A stretch of 62,716 nt of DNA, the filler included, from Basidiobolus ranarum (Eukaryota), in the NCBI GenBank assembly GCA_040143965.1. It is 16 parts of 16 records of this genome, joined end to end, with 100 filler letters (N's around TTAATTAATTAA, not from the genome) between each part and the next. Parts side by side here need not be neighbours in the genome. Positions count along the whole stretch, not along the records: positions 11,805 to 15,635 come from JASJQH010009135.1; positions 15,736 to 19,565 come from JASJQH010009136.1; positions 19,666 to 23,494 come from JASJQH010009137.1; 13 more parts are not named here. One strand, given 5' to 3'. The notes under the pieces were generated by a model. That model was not told the DNA's origin and did no database searches. It saw only the letters and a list, made by a program, of their open reading frames with translations. How positions within the stretch are numbered: the stretch's first letter is position 1; each line of letters opens with the position of its first letter. The translations under genes were made by a program, and so were the position numbers. Positions 11,805-23,594 of this stretch are shown piece by piece.

Positions 11805-14800
11805 CAAAATAATGCAGCACAGGCATTTTTTGGAGCTGTAAAATGTCCAACAGGCTTCAATAATGGTGCTCCTATTAGGAAATTAATCATCTGCAAGTAT
11901 TGCAAGAAACCAGGCCATTTATTCAAAGATTGCAGAAAAAGGATTTTTGCCAAAAAGCTAAAATTGGAACAAGCAAATCAAGTAAGCACTGATAGAGATC
12001 ATTTATTTGTGTCTGCCCTATCAGTAACCACTAACAAAGACTCAGAAACATGGTACATTGATTCATGAGCTTCTCAAAATATGTCAAACAGGAAAGATTG
12101 GTTTTCCAGCTTAAAACCAACCCAAACAAGGAAAGTCTAGGAATCAAGAAGATCTAATTCTCAGCAAAATAATTCAGAACAGGCATTTGAGGAGCTGCAA
12201 AGCCTCCAACAAGCTCATTAATGGTGCCCTAATAGGCAATTAATCATCTGCAAATATTGAAAGAAACCAGGCCAAGCAATCAAAGAGTGCAGAAAAATGA
12301 TTTTTGCCAAAAAGCTAAAATTTAAACACGTAACTCAAATAAGCACTGATAAGTGTCACCCTTTTATGTCTGCCCTATTAGTAACCACTACAGAAAACTC
12401 AGAAATATGGTACATTGATTCAGGAGCTCTCCTGCATATGTCTATCAAGAAATATTGGTTTAGCAGCTTAAAACCCATCCAAATATGGAAAGTCCTCTTA
12501 AGTGGTTTTATGCACCTAGATGCAGTTGGTAAGGGCACAGTTGTGCTCAATTTAGAACAAAATTTAGCTACTACATCTGCTAAATTGGATGATATACTCC
12601 CAATACCATCTAAAACCAAAAACCTACTCTCAGTAAGCAAAGCAGCAACTCAAGGACTAAACTTCATGTTCAGTAAGGCTGGATGCACTATCACAGATCA
12701 GAATAATACCAGACTTGCTACTGGGATCAAAATACAAAATTTGTACAAGCTAGAAATCAACATATTGCATTCTGAGCACGCAAACTTGGCCAAAACCAGT
12801 GAAATTGGCTGTCAAACATTGCATGAATGATTAGGCCAGATTGGGGAGCAAAACTTACCCCAGCAATCCTAAATTAGCTTTTTTTACACTTAAAAATTGA
12901 AAATGTTATTGAATAAGATCTGTGTAAAGGTTACATATATGGAAAACATCACAGATAGCCATTTGCAAGCTTTGGAAAGATCAAATCCACTCTGAATTTT
13001 GCCTCGCTTCATTCCTACCCATGTACACCCATGAAAAACATCTCACTACGTGGCAAATGGTAATTTATGACCTTGAGTGATGACAAAACAATTTATTAAT
13101 GGGTATTCTTTGTAAAATCAAAATATGAAGCCTTGGCTACATTTGAGCACTGCAAAGCATTTGTTGAGAAAGAATCATCACAAAAAACAAGGGTACTAAG
13201 AAGTGATAATGGTGGAAAATACTACTCTAAAAACTTTGCTAATTTTTGTTTTAAACATGGAATGAAGCAACAAACTACTGTACCTTATACTCCACAGCAA
13301 AGTGGAGTTGCAGAACATGCTAATAGGAATATAGTGGAGGTGTTGGATCAATGTTACATAATCCACAATTAGATTACCACTATTGTGCTGAATCTGTTTC
13401 CACAGCAGTCTGTATCAATAACAGATGGCTAACAAAATTACTGTAAAATTCTACTCCACTTGAAGCCCTATATGGATCAAAATCAAGTGTTGATCATCTC
13501 AGATTCTTGGGTTGCACAGCATATAGCTAAATTCCAACTGAAACATGTTCTAAATTGGAACCCAAAAGTAGAAAATGTATGTTTTTCAGTTACTGTTAGG
13601 TATTTAAGGCCTATGGGCTGTCTGATAACAAGAATCAGAAGTTAATTAAGTTCAGAGATGTGATTTGTGTTGAAAAAGCAAATTATTCACCCACATCCCA
13701 GTTCATGATCCAGAAAACACAATCAGCACTATTCAGGAAGGGTCTGATGAAATCCAGCTGTAGCTGAGCCATAATCAACCAAAATTCCAGTCCCATTTAT
13801 GTCAGAGGATGATTCAGGACTCAGGATATCATCCAGAAGGATAAATATGCAAGGAAAGTGGTGGAATACTTCTAGTGATGATATATATACTTATATAGCA
13901 TTCTGTGATCAGCCATAGACTCTTGATCAAGCTCTGAAGTGTCAAGAATCAAAATTATGGGATCAGTCAATGTGTGGTGAGTTTTGTTCACTTCAGGACA
14001 ATAAAACATGGGTGTAAAGTTACCTAACATCAGGGAGAGAGCCAATAGGTTGCTAATGGGTCTACAAAGTCCAAAACTGAGCCCTTGGAACAATAGAAAG
14101 GTACAAAGCAAGATTTGTTACTAAAGGGTAATCCAAGACTCCAGGAGTTGATTTTAATAAAACCTTTGCTCCAGTAGGCAAGCTTAGCTCCATGAGATCA
14201 ATCCTGGCACTCGCAGCCATTCATAACCTTGCTATACATGCAATTGATGTAAAAACAGCCCATCTGAATGGAAATCCAGAAGAAGAGATCTTTGTGGAAT
14301 AACTAGATGGATTTATTGACCCAAAACACTCTGATATGGTCTGTAATCTGCAAAAACGCTATATGAACTCATGCAAGCACCCAGGGCATGGTACAACAAC
14401 ATAGATATCTATTTGGAATCACTTGCTTCCAAACATCCACAGCCAATCATAGTATTTACATCAAAATAACCATATATAGGATCCTTATCTTGGCACTATG
14501 TGCTGATGACTTTAGCATAGCCACAAATGATCTAAAAGCACTTAAACAGATGATGAGTTGTTTATCAAACTAATTTCAGATGACTGATATGGGTTAATTA
14601 AGTTATTTTCATGAAATCCAAATCAAGAGAGGTAAATGCAATTAGAAAATGATGCTGAATTTGACTAGATATTAAACACTTCAACATCGAGAATAGTAAG
14701 CCTGTATCAACAACAATAGATCCTAAAGAGAATTGATCAAAATTTCATACAAATTGGCATAAAAGGACTCAAATGAAAGTGAGAAGGTCCCTTATCAATC

Positions 14801-15430
14801 CACAGTAGGAAGTTTAATGTATTTAGTGGTTGGAACACATCCGGACGTTGCTGAGGCAGTGGGAACTGTCAGCCTATATCTCAAAAATCCAGGATCTGAG
14901 CACAAAACTGCAGTAAAACAAATATTCTGGTATTTGAGAGGAACTGTTAATCTGGTTCCACAATACTCTGTACTCCTGATACACAAAATTGTAAAGGCTA
15001 TAGTGATGCAGACTGGGGAAGAAACCTTGCTGATAAAAGATCAACAACTGGGTCCACCTTTCTCATGGTAATGGAGCCATTGCTTGGAATAGTGAGTAGC
15101 AACCAATCATAGCACTTTCCATAACAGAACCAAAGTATATGGCTGTCTCTACTACTACACAAGAAGCTGTGTGATTAAAAGTTATACACACACTTAGGAT
15201 ACATGCAAATATGCGCCATTACTGTATTTGAAGATAATCAAAGATGTATTCCCTTTGCTAAAAACTCTACATTTCATGCTAGAACAAAACATACAGATAT
15301 TAGGCATCATTTGGTTAGAAAAGCAATAGCAAACAGTATAATTGAACTTGTGTATTGCCCCACTGAAGAAATGAATGTTGAGATCTTAACCAAACCTATA
15401 GCTAAAGCACAATTTGAGTTATTAAGAGAC
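11805..15430 (+). mobile_element. Degenerate Ty1/copia gag-pol (zinc knuckle, protease, integrase, RT, RNase H)
   Basis: Motifs CKYCKKPGH, WYIDSGA, LRSDNGG, PYTPQQSGVAE, HPDVAEAVG, FHARTKHTDIRHH in copia order; many stops and frameshifts. Confidence 0.93.
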
Positions 15431-15735
15431 TTGTTCCATCAGACCAGGTCAGATTGTGCTGCTTGATCCAGCCTGCTAGTACACCATCTGGCGCGATCCA
15501 TCAATTACCATAGCTGGGTCCTACAACACTTGATCGGACACTATAAGGAACAATATGGCACTATCCCACCACAATTGGACACAATGATTTTTTTGGAGAT
15601 ATTGTGCCAGCCCGTACAAAGTTACCCAATTTAGTNNNNNNNNNNNNNNNNNNNNNNNNNNNNNNNNNNNNNNNNNNNNTTAATTAATTAANNNNNNNNN
15701 NNNNNNNNNNNNNNNNNNNNNNNNNNNNNNNNNNN

Positions 15736-15885
15736 AACAGTGTCCCAAAGTCCTTTATCTTGCAGCAGCATTTTCATTTTAATATTCCAAACTTGATAAT
15801 TGGTTCCATCCAATTTTTCAGAAGAGGGAAAAGTTCCATAAATTTGAGAAGTAGACATTACAGAGAGTGCAAGCTTGGGGCTCAT
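15736..15885 (-). mobile_element. Copia gag N-terminus
   Basis: EKLDGTNYQVWNIKMKMLLQDKGLW, a typical copia gag start, directly downstream of an LTR and primer site. Confidence 0.85.
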
Positions 15886-15889
15886 AGCC
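15878..15889 (-). promoter_or_regulatory. Primer-binding site GGCTATGAGCCC (half-tRNA-iMet type)
   Basis: Abuts the LTR end ...TTTAACA; one mismatch from GGTTATGAGCCC, the Ty5-type site complementary to the initiator tRNA anticodon arm. Confidence 0.75.
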
Positions 15890-16232
15890 TGTTAAAGTAT
15901 TTGGGAGCCTGTTGGAAGTGGTTTGGAGAATAAGAAGAGTTGGTAGCTTTCACTTATTGATTTATTGAGTAGAAAGTTCACATTTATAGTTTTATCAAGA
16001 TGTAAGCAAACTAACATGTACAATGTGTTAAGAAAGGTCCCAGGAACATGTGTGCAAAGTTTGGGGCTTCTAGCACAAGTTTGAAAAATCTACATATCTA
16101 AGAACTTCTAAGTTGGTACAAATATTCTAAGTTCTAATTGAAATAATTGATAATATCTTGGTGAGTTATAAGAAAACCATGTTCTAAGCTATATATGACT
16201 ACATAGGTGCTTAGGCAATGCTAATATCAAAA
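15890..16232 (-). mobile_element. 5' LTR (family 1)
   Basis: Reverse complement of the 26664 LTR; followed by the primer site and gag. Confidence 0.88.
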
Positions 16233-16334
16233 GTAATGGAGTTTTTGCTGCTTTGTAAATAGTTCAAAAAAAACAAAATGCTATAACAGCCATTGTTTTT
16301 GATCAATCTTAATTCTCTCATGCTGAAAGTGGTT

Positions 16335-16650
16335 GTAGTATTCCAGGAGCATATTAGAAGTGGTTGGGAGAACTATAGAATTGGTAGGGCTTGCACAATA
16401 CTTAGTTCAACAGACAAATCACAATTATGGGTTTGTCAAAGTTAATAAACAAATGTAAATATTATTTTAGATAGGATCTGCAGAATGTATGCTCAAAGTC
16501 AGGGACCCCTAGACCAAGTTTCAGAAATCTTTATAACATTCAAATTTTGAGTGTATCCAATTGAGAATAGCAATTCACATCTTTGTTAATACAAAATATC
16601 TAACTAGTAAGTTATACAAAACTATATAGATGCTTAGGAAATTTTATTAC
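16335..16650 (-). mobile_element. Diverged family-1-like LTR
   Basis: Patchy similarity to 15890-16232 (GAAGTGGTT, CAAGTTTCAGAAATCT, CTATATAGATGCTTAGG). Confidence 0.55.
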
Positions 16651-17559
16651 ATATTATGCTGCATCTACATAGAGATATGTAATAATCCTAGGAAAGGTTG
16701 AAAACTCAATAATTACTAACTTATAAATCATTTTAATATTAATTAAGAATCATATTATGAGTCAGATACAAAGTTAAGTCAAAAGACATACATCTTTTAG
16801 ATCTACAAAGTCTTCAGGCCACTAAATATTGAGCCACCTTCATTTTAAAAGCAGTTTAATAATTGTATCTTGTATATTATTGTGAAACAGGATGGAAATT
16901 TTGAATATTAATATTGCTACTTTGAATTTTACAACTGGCTGAGAAGTTTCCATGCCATCAATTCCAGTTGTGTGGTTGCTATTAAAAGTCACATAATCTA
17001 ATCCAAACAAGGGTCTGAGTATCTGAGGTTCCTGCCTATCCACTAGTTATGTTGTATATCAGCAGTCAAGCTTTCAGTAAAACAATATCTTTTGTCAATA
17101 TGCTTACTATGTGTATTCCCTCTAATAAAATGATATTCAATGTAAACAAGTCAGCTTTTAGTGTGAAAAATAGGATATCTAGTTAATTTCATCAAATCTC
17201 AATTATCTTGATATATCAGTGGATGAATCTTAAAAATTGCTGCAATCATTTTTTAGCTTTACCAATGCTGGAAAATTATTCTGGATTCAAACTCTTAGAA
17301 GACTTTACTAAACATATTAACCCTATTGACCAATTAAACTCAGTACACCAACTCCTGTATATCTCAAACAATTCATATACTTGTCTACTAAGTTAGTCAC
17401 CATATTCTCTTGGGATTGAATCAAATAAAATGCTATTGTGAGTTGCCACCAATATAGCAAATCTATCACTATCATATCTATATCATCCAAAATGGTAGCA
17501 GCATAAAAGTTTGACTTGTTTTTGCTTAATACAATTGCTAATATTCCAAAGTTCATTTG

Positions 17560-18070
17560 TAAAAATTGCCATTGATGGATAATAAAAATATAATTTGTTT
17601 TTGAAAGAAACCTTTATGGAAAGTTGATCAACTATATGAAGAAGCATCCAAGGAAGAAATTACAAATTCCAACACTGAACTAAAGGAACAAATAGAGAAA
17701 TACGCCAGTGCAATATATGAAGAAAAAGACAGACTGGCAGGTATAGAAATCAATCAAAGAGTGAGATTACAATAACTTATACTAGTCAGATATGCTGACT
17801 CTTCCATGAATGAATTGAATATCCTAGTGGAATAATGTGAGTAAAAGGCACTTGGTCATCTATGATGCTTCAAAGAAGATTCTGAAACTCCTGTATGTCT
17901 GAGGATTCAGATATATGACCTAAATGAATGATACCAACACTTATCCAAGAATTGGAATGAGTGAAATTTAAAGTATCAGATATTGGCATAATTTGTACAA
18001 TAATAAATAGCCTCCTTGAATCATATACAACTCTAGTGCTTACATTGGAACCCAACAAGGGCTAAATTCT
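17560..18070 (+). mobile_element. Decayed copia gag fragment
   Basis: LIQELE*VKFKVSDIGIICTIINSLLESYTTLVLTLE resembles the UBN2 gag domain. Confidence 0.6.
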
Positions 18071-18413
18071 GATGATCTTGACATGGTCTGGATCATGTAG
18101 ATGGAACACCATCAACATTATTGAGCATTCCAAATGCTTACTGTTATCAAAACAATATTTGGCTGGAGCATCCATTTGATAACATATATATATACCCTTT
18201 GTCAACTTCTATAACCACTATGTAAGTCTAAGGCTTTCCTCAGATTGCCCAGCACCTATGTCAGTCCATGGGTGCAACAGAAAGTGCCCTGTTGACTATC
18301 ATAGTGTTCTTCATACTCTGAGTTACACTTAACTGAATTAATTATCAGCTTGGCTATGACAGTGTCTATGAGGAATGCATGTAGTACAACCAAAGATCTG
18401 GCTTGATGTGATA

Positions 18414-18733
18414 TTTATTAAAGTATTTGGGAGCCTGTTAAAAGTGGTTTGGAGAATTAAAGATATTGGTGGTTTTCACTTATTGAAAACTGGGTGGTAA
18501 CTTGATACTTCTAGTTTTGTTATAATATAAGCAAAATAAAGTGTAGAGTGTATTAAGGAAGGTCTCAGGAACATTTGTGCAAAGTTTAAGGCTTCTAGCA
18601 CAAGTTTAAAAATTGTACATAAATGAGAGCTTCTAAGTTGGTAAGATTATTCCAAGAAAATTCCAATTGCGTATGACAGATAATCTCTTGGTAAAATAGA
18701 AGATATGTAAGTACTGTGCTATATATATGACTT
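18414..18733 (-). mobile_element. Family-1 LTR copy
   Basis: Colinear with 15890-16200. Confidence 0.8.
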
Positions 18734-18739
18734 ATTACC

Positions 18740-19170
18740 TTATCATGTCCTCTGTAGAACAATAAGTTAAGTGTATAATCCTATACTCCATAGTCTCTCT
18801 AATGCAGTCAAGACCAATATTTATGTGTTCGCTTCTATTATGGAATGTAGCCTTGTAGCCAATTTGATTCAGCTTTGAGTATCTTGAAACATTATAATTG
18901 GTGACTTTAAGAATACTCTAAATATGTTAAGAGGCTTCTTAACCACATTGCCTCTTTTGTTGCTTCACAGGCAGCCATGTATTCCACTTCAGTTGTTGAA
19001 AGTTCTGCAGCAGGTTGTTTCTTTGAGTTCCAAGAAATAGCTCCATTACAGCAAAGAAATAAGTATCCTATAGTAGATTGCCTGTCATCAATATCTCTTA
19101 CTCAACTTTCATCTCAATACTGCATAAGATCCAAGTTTGATCTAAGATATTTGTACTTAAAGCTCAGCTC
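18740..19170 (-). mobile_element. Copia RNase H fragment
   Basis: Reverse-complement similarity to 26150-26600 (GAISWNSKKQP, ACEATKEA). Confidence 0.8.
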
Positions 19171-19174
19171 CACA

Positions 19175-19565
19175 CCCTGACATAAATTTGAGGATTGTTA
19201 TTGTAGGAAAACCATCACAATTTTAATCCATTTGGGATTGACTGTTTACCTACCATCATAAAATTGTCAACTTAGATTTGCTTTTAATCAATTTTTTCAG
19301 TTTCAGGAGTGAGATTTCAAGATCTTGCAAAATAGTTGCACATAATTGGCTACAATCTCAGAGAACTATGGATCAACACTTGTGCAAAAAATCACAACGC
19401 TAATTTTACATGCAAATTTGCCCAAATCCAAGAGCTTATTTTCATGGTGAATGGTAACAAGAGTCAGCTATTTGCAAAGTGTCAGTGCTATTCAAAATTT
19501 CAGATGTTTAGGAATTTTTCCACCATTAGTTTGCTGATAGAGCATACTGAAGATGTTGAGGTATG
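19175..19565 (-). mobile_element. CACTA-like terminus joined to a transposase fragment
   Basis: Starts CCCTGACATAAATTTGAGGATTG like 27009; 19400-19565 matches transposase 3' fragments. Confidence 0.7.
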
Positions 19566-19665
19566 NNNNNNNNNNNNNNNNNNNNNNNNNNNNNNNNNNN
19601 NNNNNNNNNTTAATTAATTAANNNNNNNNNNNNNNNNNNNNNNNNNNNNNNNNNNNNNNNNNNNN

Positions 19666-20335
19666 ATCTTGGCACTCTCAGCCATCCAAAAGGTTGATTT
19701 ACAGTAAACCTTTGTAAAAACCTCCTTGCTCAATGGAAGTTAACAAGAAGAGATTCATGTTGAACAACTGGATGGATATGTTGACTCAAAAAACCCCAAT
19801 ATGGTCTGTAGACTGCAATAATTGCTATACAGACTCAAGCAAGCACTAAGGGCATGGTACAACAGGATAGATACATATTCAGAACCATTGCAATTCCAAA
19901 AAGGATAGCAGATCACAGTATTTGTAGCAAAACAATTAAATACAGGATTTTTATCTCAGCACTACATGTAGATGACTTGATCATAGCCACAAATGGACCA
20001 AAAGCACTTAATCAGACTAAAATCAGCCTATCAAACCAATATCAGATGAATGTAATATGTGAATTAAGGTATTTCCTTGGAATCCAAATCAAGGTAGAGA
20101 AACCCAATCAGAAAATCATGCTGAATCAGTCTAGATGTATACTAGACATCTTAAATTACCTCAACATGGAGAATAGCAAGCCAGTATCAACCCAAATGGA
20201 TCCAATGATAAATTATTCTAAATTTCATTAGATTTGGTCCAAAATGACACAAATCAAAGCCAGGAGTTTGCTGATCAGTCCCTGGTGGGTAATTTAGTGT
20301 TTACAACAGTATGAACATATCTGGACATTGCTTAA
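19666..20335 (+). mobile_element. Copia reverse transcriptase fragment
   Basis: LHVDDLIIA (YVDD equivalent) and LRYFLGIQI. Confidence 0.85.
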
Positions 20336-21049
20336 ATCTTCTCCAAATCATCTCATATTCTCACCCATACTTTAGAGACATAATTGCTATGATCTAGCAT
20401 AGCCATAAGTCCAATTTCATAGTAGAAAAGTTAATAGGAAATACTCAAACCAATAAAACCCCAGTGTCTAAATCAAAACCTAAATCTTGTCCAAAGCACA
20501 TCAAATCCCCTAATCACTTTTATCAAGCTGTCTGATCAGTTACATAGCCTGAAGATAACTATTAAGGATAGTGAAAGATTGATGAAAGCTATAGCCAAAG
20601 TTTGGGAAAACATGACAGTGGAGAAGATGCTAGGCATACATAAATATCAAGGGTAATGCAACAAAACATTGAATCTGATTAAATTTCTTTTCTAAAAATA
20701 AACATGTATAACATATTGTATAAAATATTTTAAGAAGTTAGTCCATGTTGTTCAAGATTAAGTTGAACATGAAAAGTATGCATTTATTGTACTTTTTTTT
20801 GTAATTTTTGAGCAAAATATTACTAGCCCCAGTTGTATGACTTAGTAAGTGATGAATTATTGTATTGAGTCTCAGACACAGTTTATTTGTACTATGACAA
20901 TTAGTAGCTGGTTGATGAGTCATCTGCTCATCTGAACAAGGACATAGTATTTATTGAGCATCCCATACCCTTTGAGACAAGCAGGGTTATTCTCAGTAAA
21001 ATCCATTACTACAGTCACATTCTTATATCACAATTCATCCACCTTCTGT

Positions 21050-21409
21050 CATCAAAACTGAAAAAAAGTGTTTAGGGGATTTGGAAGTGTTTTGGACAAG
21101 ATTTGTATTTGTAATTAGCACTCAAGCTTTATTGAATTGAATATGTTCTATTTATAGTTTACTTTGAAATTCAACTATTGGACATGCTTAGATCATAACA
21201 AATATGCCTGTTAAGCATCAGTGAAAATTTGTGATGATTTGGAGAAGTTCTCAGAAAATAGTGAAAATTGGTATAAGTGATCTAATTGATATTTCAATCA
21301 ATTAGAGCAATAAACACAGATTTTTGAATGACAGAATTGAGTGCTAAATAATCAGAGTATGAATAAACTTACTACTTAATAATGAGTTGCTATTTACCTA
21401 ATTTCAACA
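21050..21409 (-). mobile_element. Family-2 LTR
   Basis: Ends ...GTTGCTATTTACCTAATTTCAACA; homologous to 47950-48291 and 49763-49836, which abut a polypurine tract and RNase H; a partial plus-strand copy lies at about 20335-20520. Confidence 0.7.
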
Positions 21410-21989
21410 AAAACTATGCAAAATAAACCTCTTTGGGGCTCAGCAATTTTAAAATATCAGATCTGCTCCAAAATGGCAAAAATGAGAGTATTGCTGACTG
21501 CTATTTTTAAGCTTTGAAGAGTTCACATCCACTCTGATTGGATTTGAATTCATTCTGATATAAGCAGGCCCAAGCAAAATGTCATGCTAGTTGTCAACAG
21601 TTACTTAGAGCTGTTGCTGTTGAGAAAGCAAGATGTCATTGAAATTAGCACTACTTTAACACCAATGCAGGCACATTGGAATTTTGTTATCCAATAGTTC
21701 ACTAGGTATTAATCCTTATTTTAAATTGGAAATTACTTCAAATATTTTTGCCAACTCAGAAATTCTTAGATATATTAGTTATTCCAGCTTGTGCTAGAAT
21801 CCTCAAACATTGGACACATGTTTGTGAGACCTTCTTTGGTGCACTCTTGATGGTAGTTTGTGTACATCTAAAAAAACTATGGACTTGTTCCCAGTGATAG
21901 TGCCAGATTGTGCTGTATATATCATTTTGCATAAAGAATTCTAAAATTTATTCAGCACAACTTGGCATTATCCAGCACCCTCTGGTATG

Positions 21990-23065
21990 GTCAACTGCAA
22001 TCACAATTGCAATGATGTTATCATGACTCTTTGGAGTGGTCTTTTAGATGAGTATTCAAACTTGACTACAGCATTGGTAGCAAAATTAGACAAATTAACT
22101 GTGGAATTTATTGTTGTAAGACTACATGACTAAGATGTTGGAAGCAAGCATTTGGAAATGGAATCTAAGGAAGTGGCTCTTTTTGGAATTTGAAAATGTA
22201 TGCGGACATGTCTGGGGCATATCTCAAACACTGAGAAATGTGCTATATGTGCCAGGGGAAGCAACAAATTTGTTATCACTCAGTAGAAATACATATAAGG
22301 GATATATCTTGAATATTTATCAAAATGGCTGTAAAAGCAAGAATCAACAATTGAAGTACATTGCTTCTGGAGCTAAGCAAAATAAAATTTATAAACTTAG
22401 TTGTATCAAGCCATTCTCTGATCAAGCTAAGTCTACCAGAGCTGAAGATATGGAAAGGAAAATTTTGCATCAGAGATTGGGTCATCCATGAGCTGAGTGC
22501 ACAAAAATAAAATTGAAACAAGATGGCTCTAGAACTAGACTTATTAACTACACAGGATCTTGAGCTATGTGCAGATTACCTATATGGTAGGCAACATTGA
22601 CAGCCATTTGTCAGCTCTGGAATGAGCAAGGTGGATCAAAAAATCTGCCCAATACACTTACAGTTGTTTGGGCAATGAAGACAAAATCTTTTGGTGCAAA
22701 GAGGTAATGTATGCCCTTTATGGATGATAGGACAGGTATACCAAAGTATGTTTCTAGCCAGTAAGGAAGAAGTCTTTAATACCTTCAAGATTTTCAAGTC
22801 AATGGTGAAGACTGAAACAGGTCTTAAGATTGAAATCATTAACAATAATAAAATCTACTTCAAAATCTTCCCTAACTTCTACATGATATATGAGACAAAG
22901 CAATAGACAACAGTACAATATTCTCCATAGTGGAATACATTGATAAAACATTCTAACAGATTCATAATGGAAAGGCAAGAAGATAGCTTCCTGACTAAGA
23001 TTTACCATAAATGGTCTGGGCTGAATTGATGACAAATGTGGTATATATTAGGAATAGATGCCATC
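21990..23065 (+). mobile_element. Decayed copia gag/protease/integrase
   Basis: LRNVLYVPGEATNLLS, LHQRLGH, FKSMVKTETGLKI. Confidence 0.75.
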
Positions 23066-23410
23066 CTAAGTGTCTGTTGGAAAACTGTCACAACTTTAAT
23101 CCATTTGGAATTGACCATTTACTTACTATCATAAAGTTGTCAAGTTAAATTTGATTTTGTTCAATTTTTTCAGTTTCAGGAGTGAAATTGCAAGATCTCA
23201 CAAAATAGTTGCACATGATTAGCTACTGAACTATGGATCAATACATGTGCAAATAATGTAACTCAAATTTTTTACACATTTACCACTTGAAAGCTAATTT
23301 TGTCATCTTCAAAATTCCTAGTTTCTTTGATATATTCTTATGAATATTTTAATAGAGTTCTTCATACCCAAAGTTTAGCTCATATCCAACATGAGTTTGT
23401 ATCAATATAG
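23065..23410 (-). mobile_element. CACTA-like terminal region copy
   Basis: Colinear with 27040-27370. Confidence 0.75.
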
Positions 23411-23594
23411 ATGATTTGAGTTGTATCAATTGTACCTGAAGCTCAGCGGTATACTCTCTCTTCTCAGTACGATTTGCAACACCGATGGCAAAAGNNNNNN
23501 NNNNNNNNNNNNNNNNNNNNNNNNNNNNNNNNNNNNNNTTAATTAATTAANNNNNNNNNNNNNNNNNNNNNNNNNNNNNNNNNNNNNNNNNNNN

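Noticed and set aside
11753..11953. Antisense ORFs within the copia relics (also 12356-12640, 24528-24761 and similar)
   Set aside because: Opposite-strand shadows of gag-pol.
18190..18320. Cys/His pattern suggesting a Bel/Pao gag knuckle
   Set aside because: Too degenerate, and the adjacent sequence is copia-type gag.
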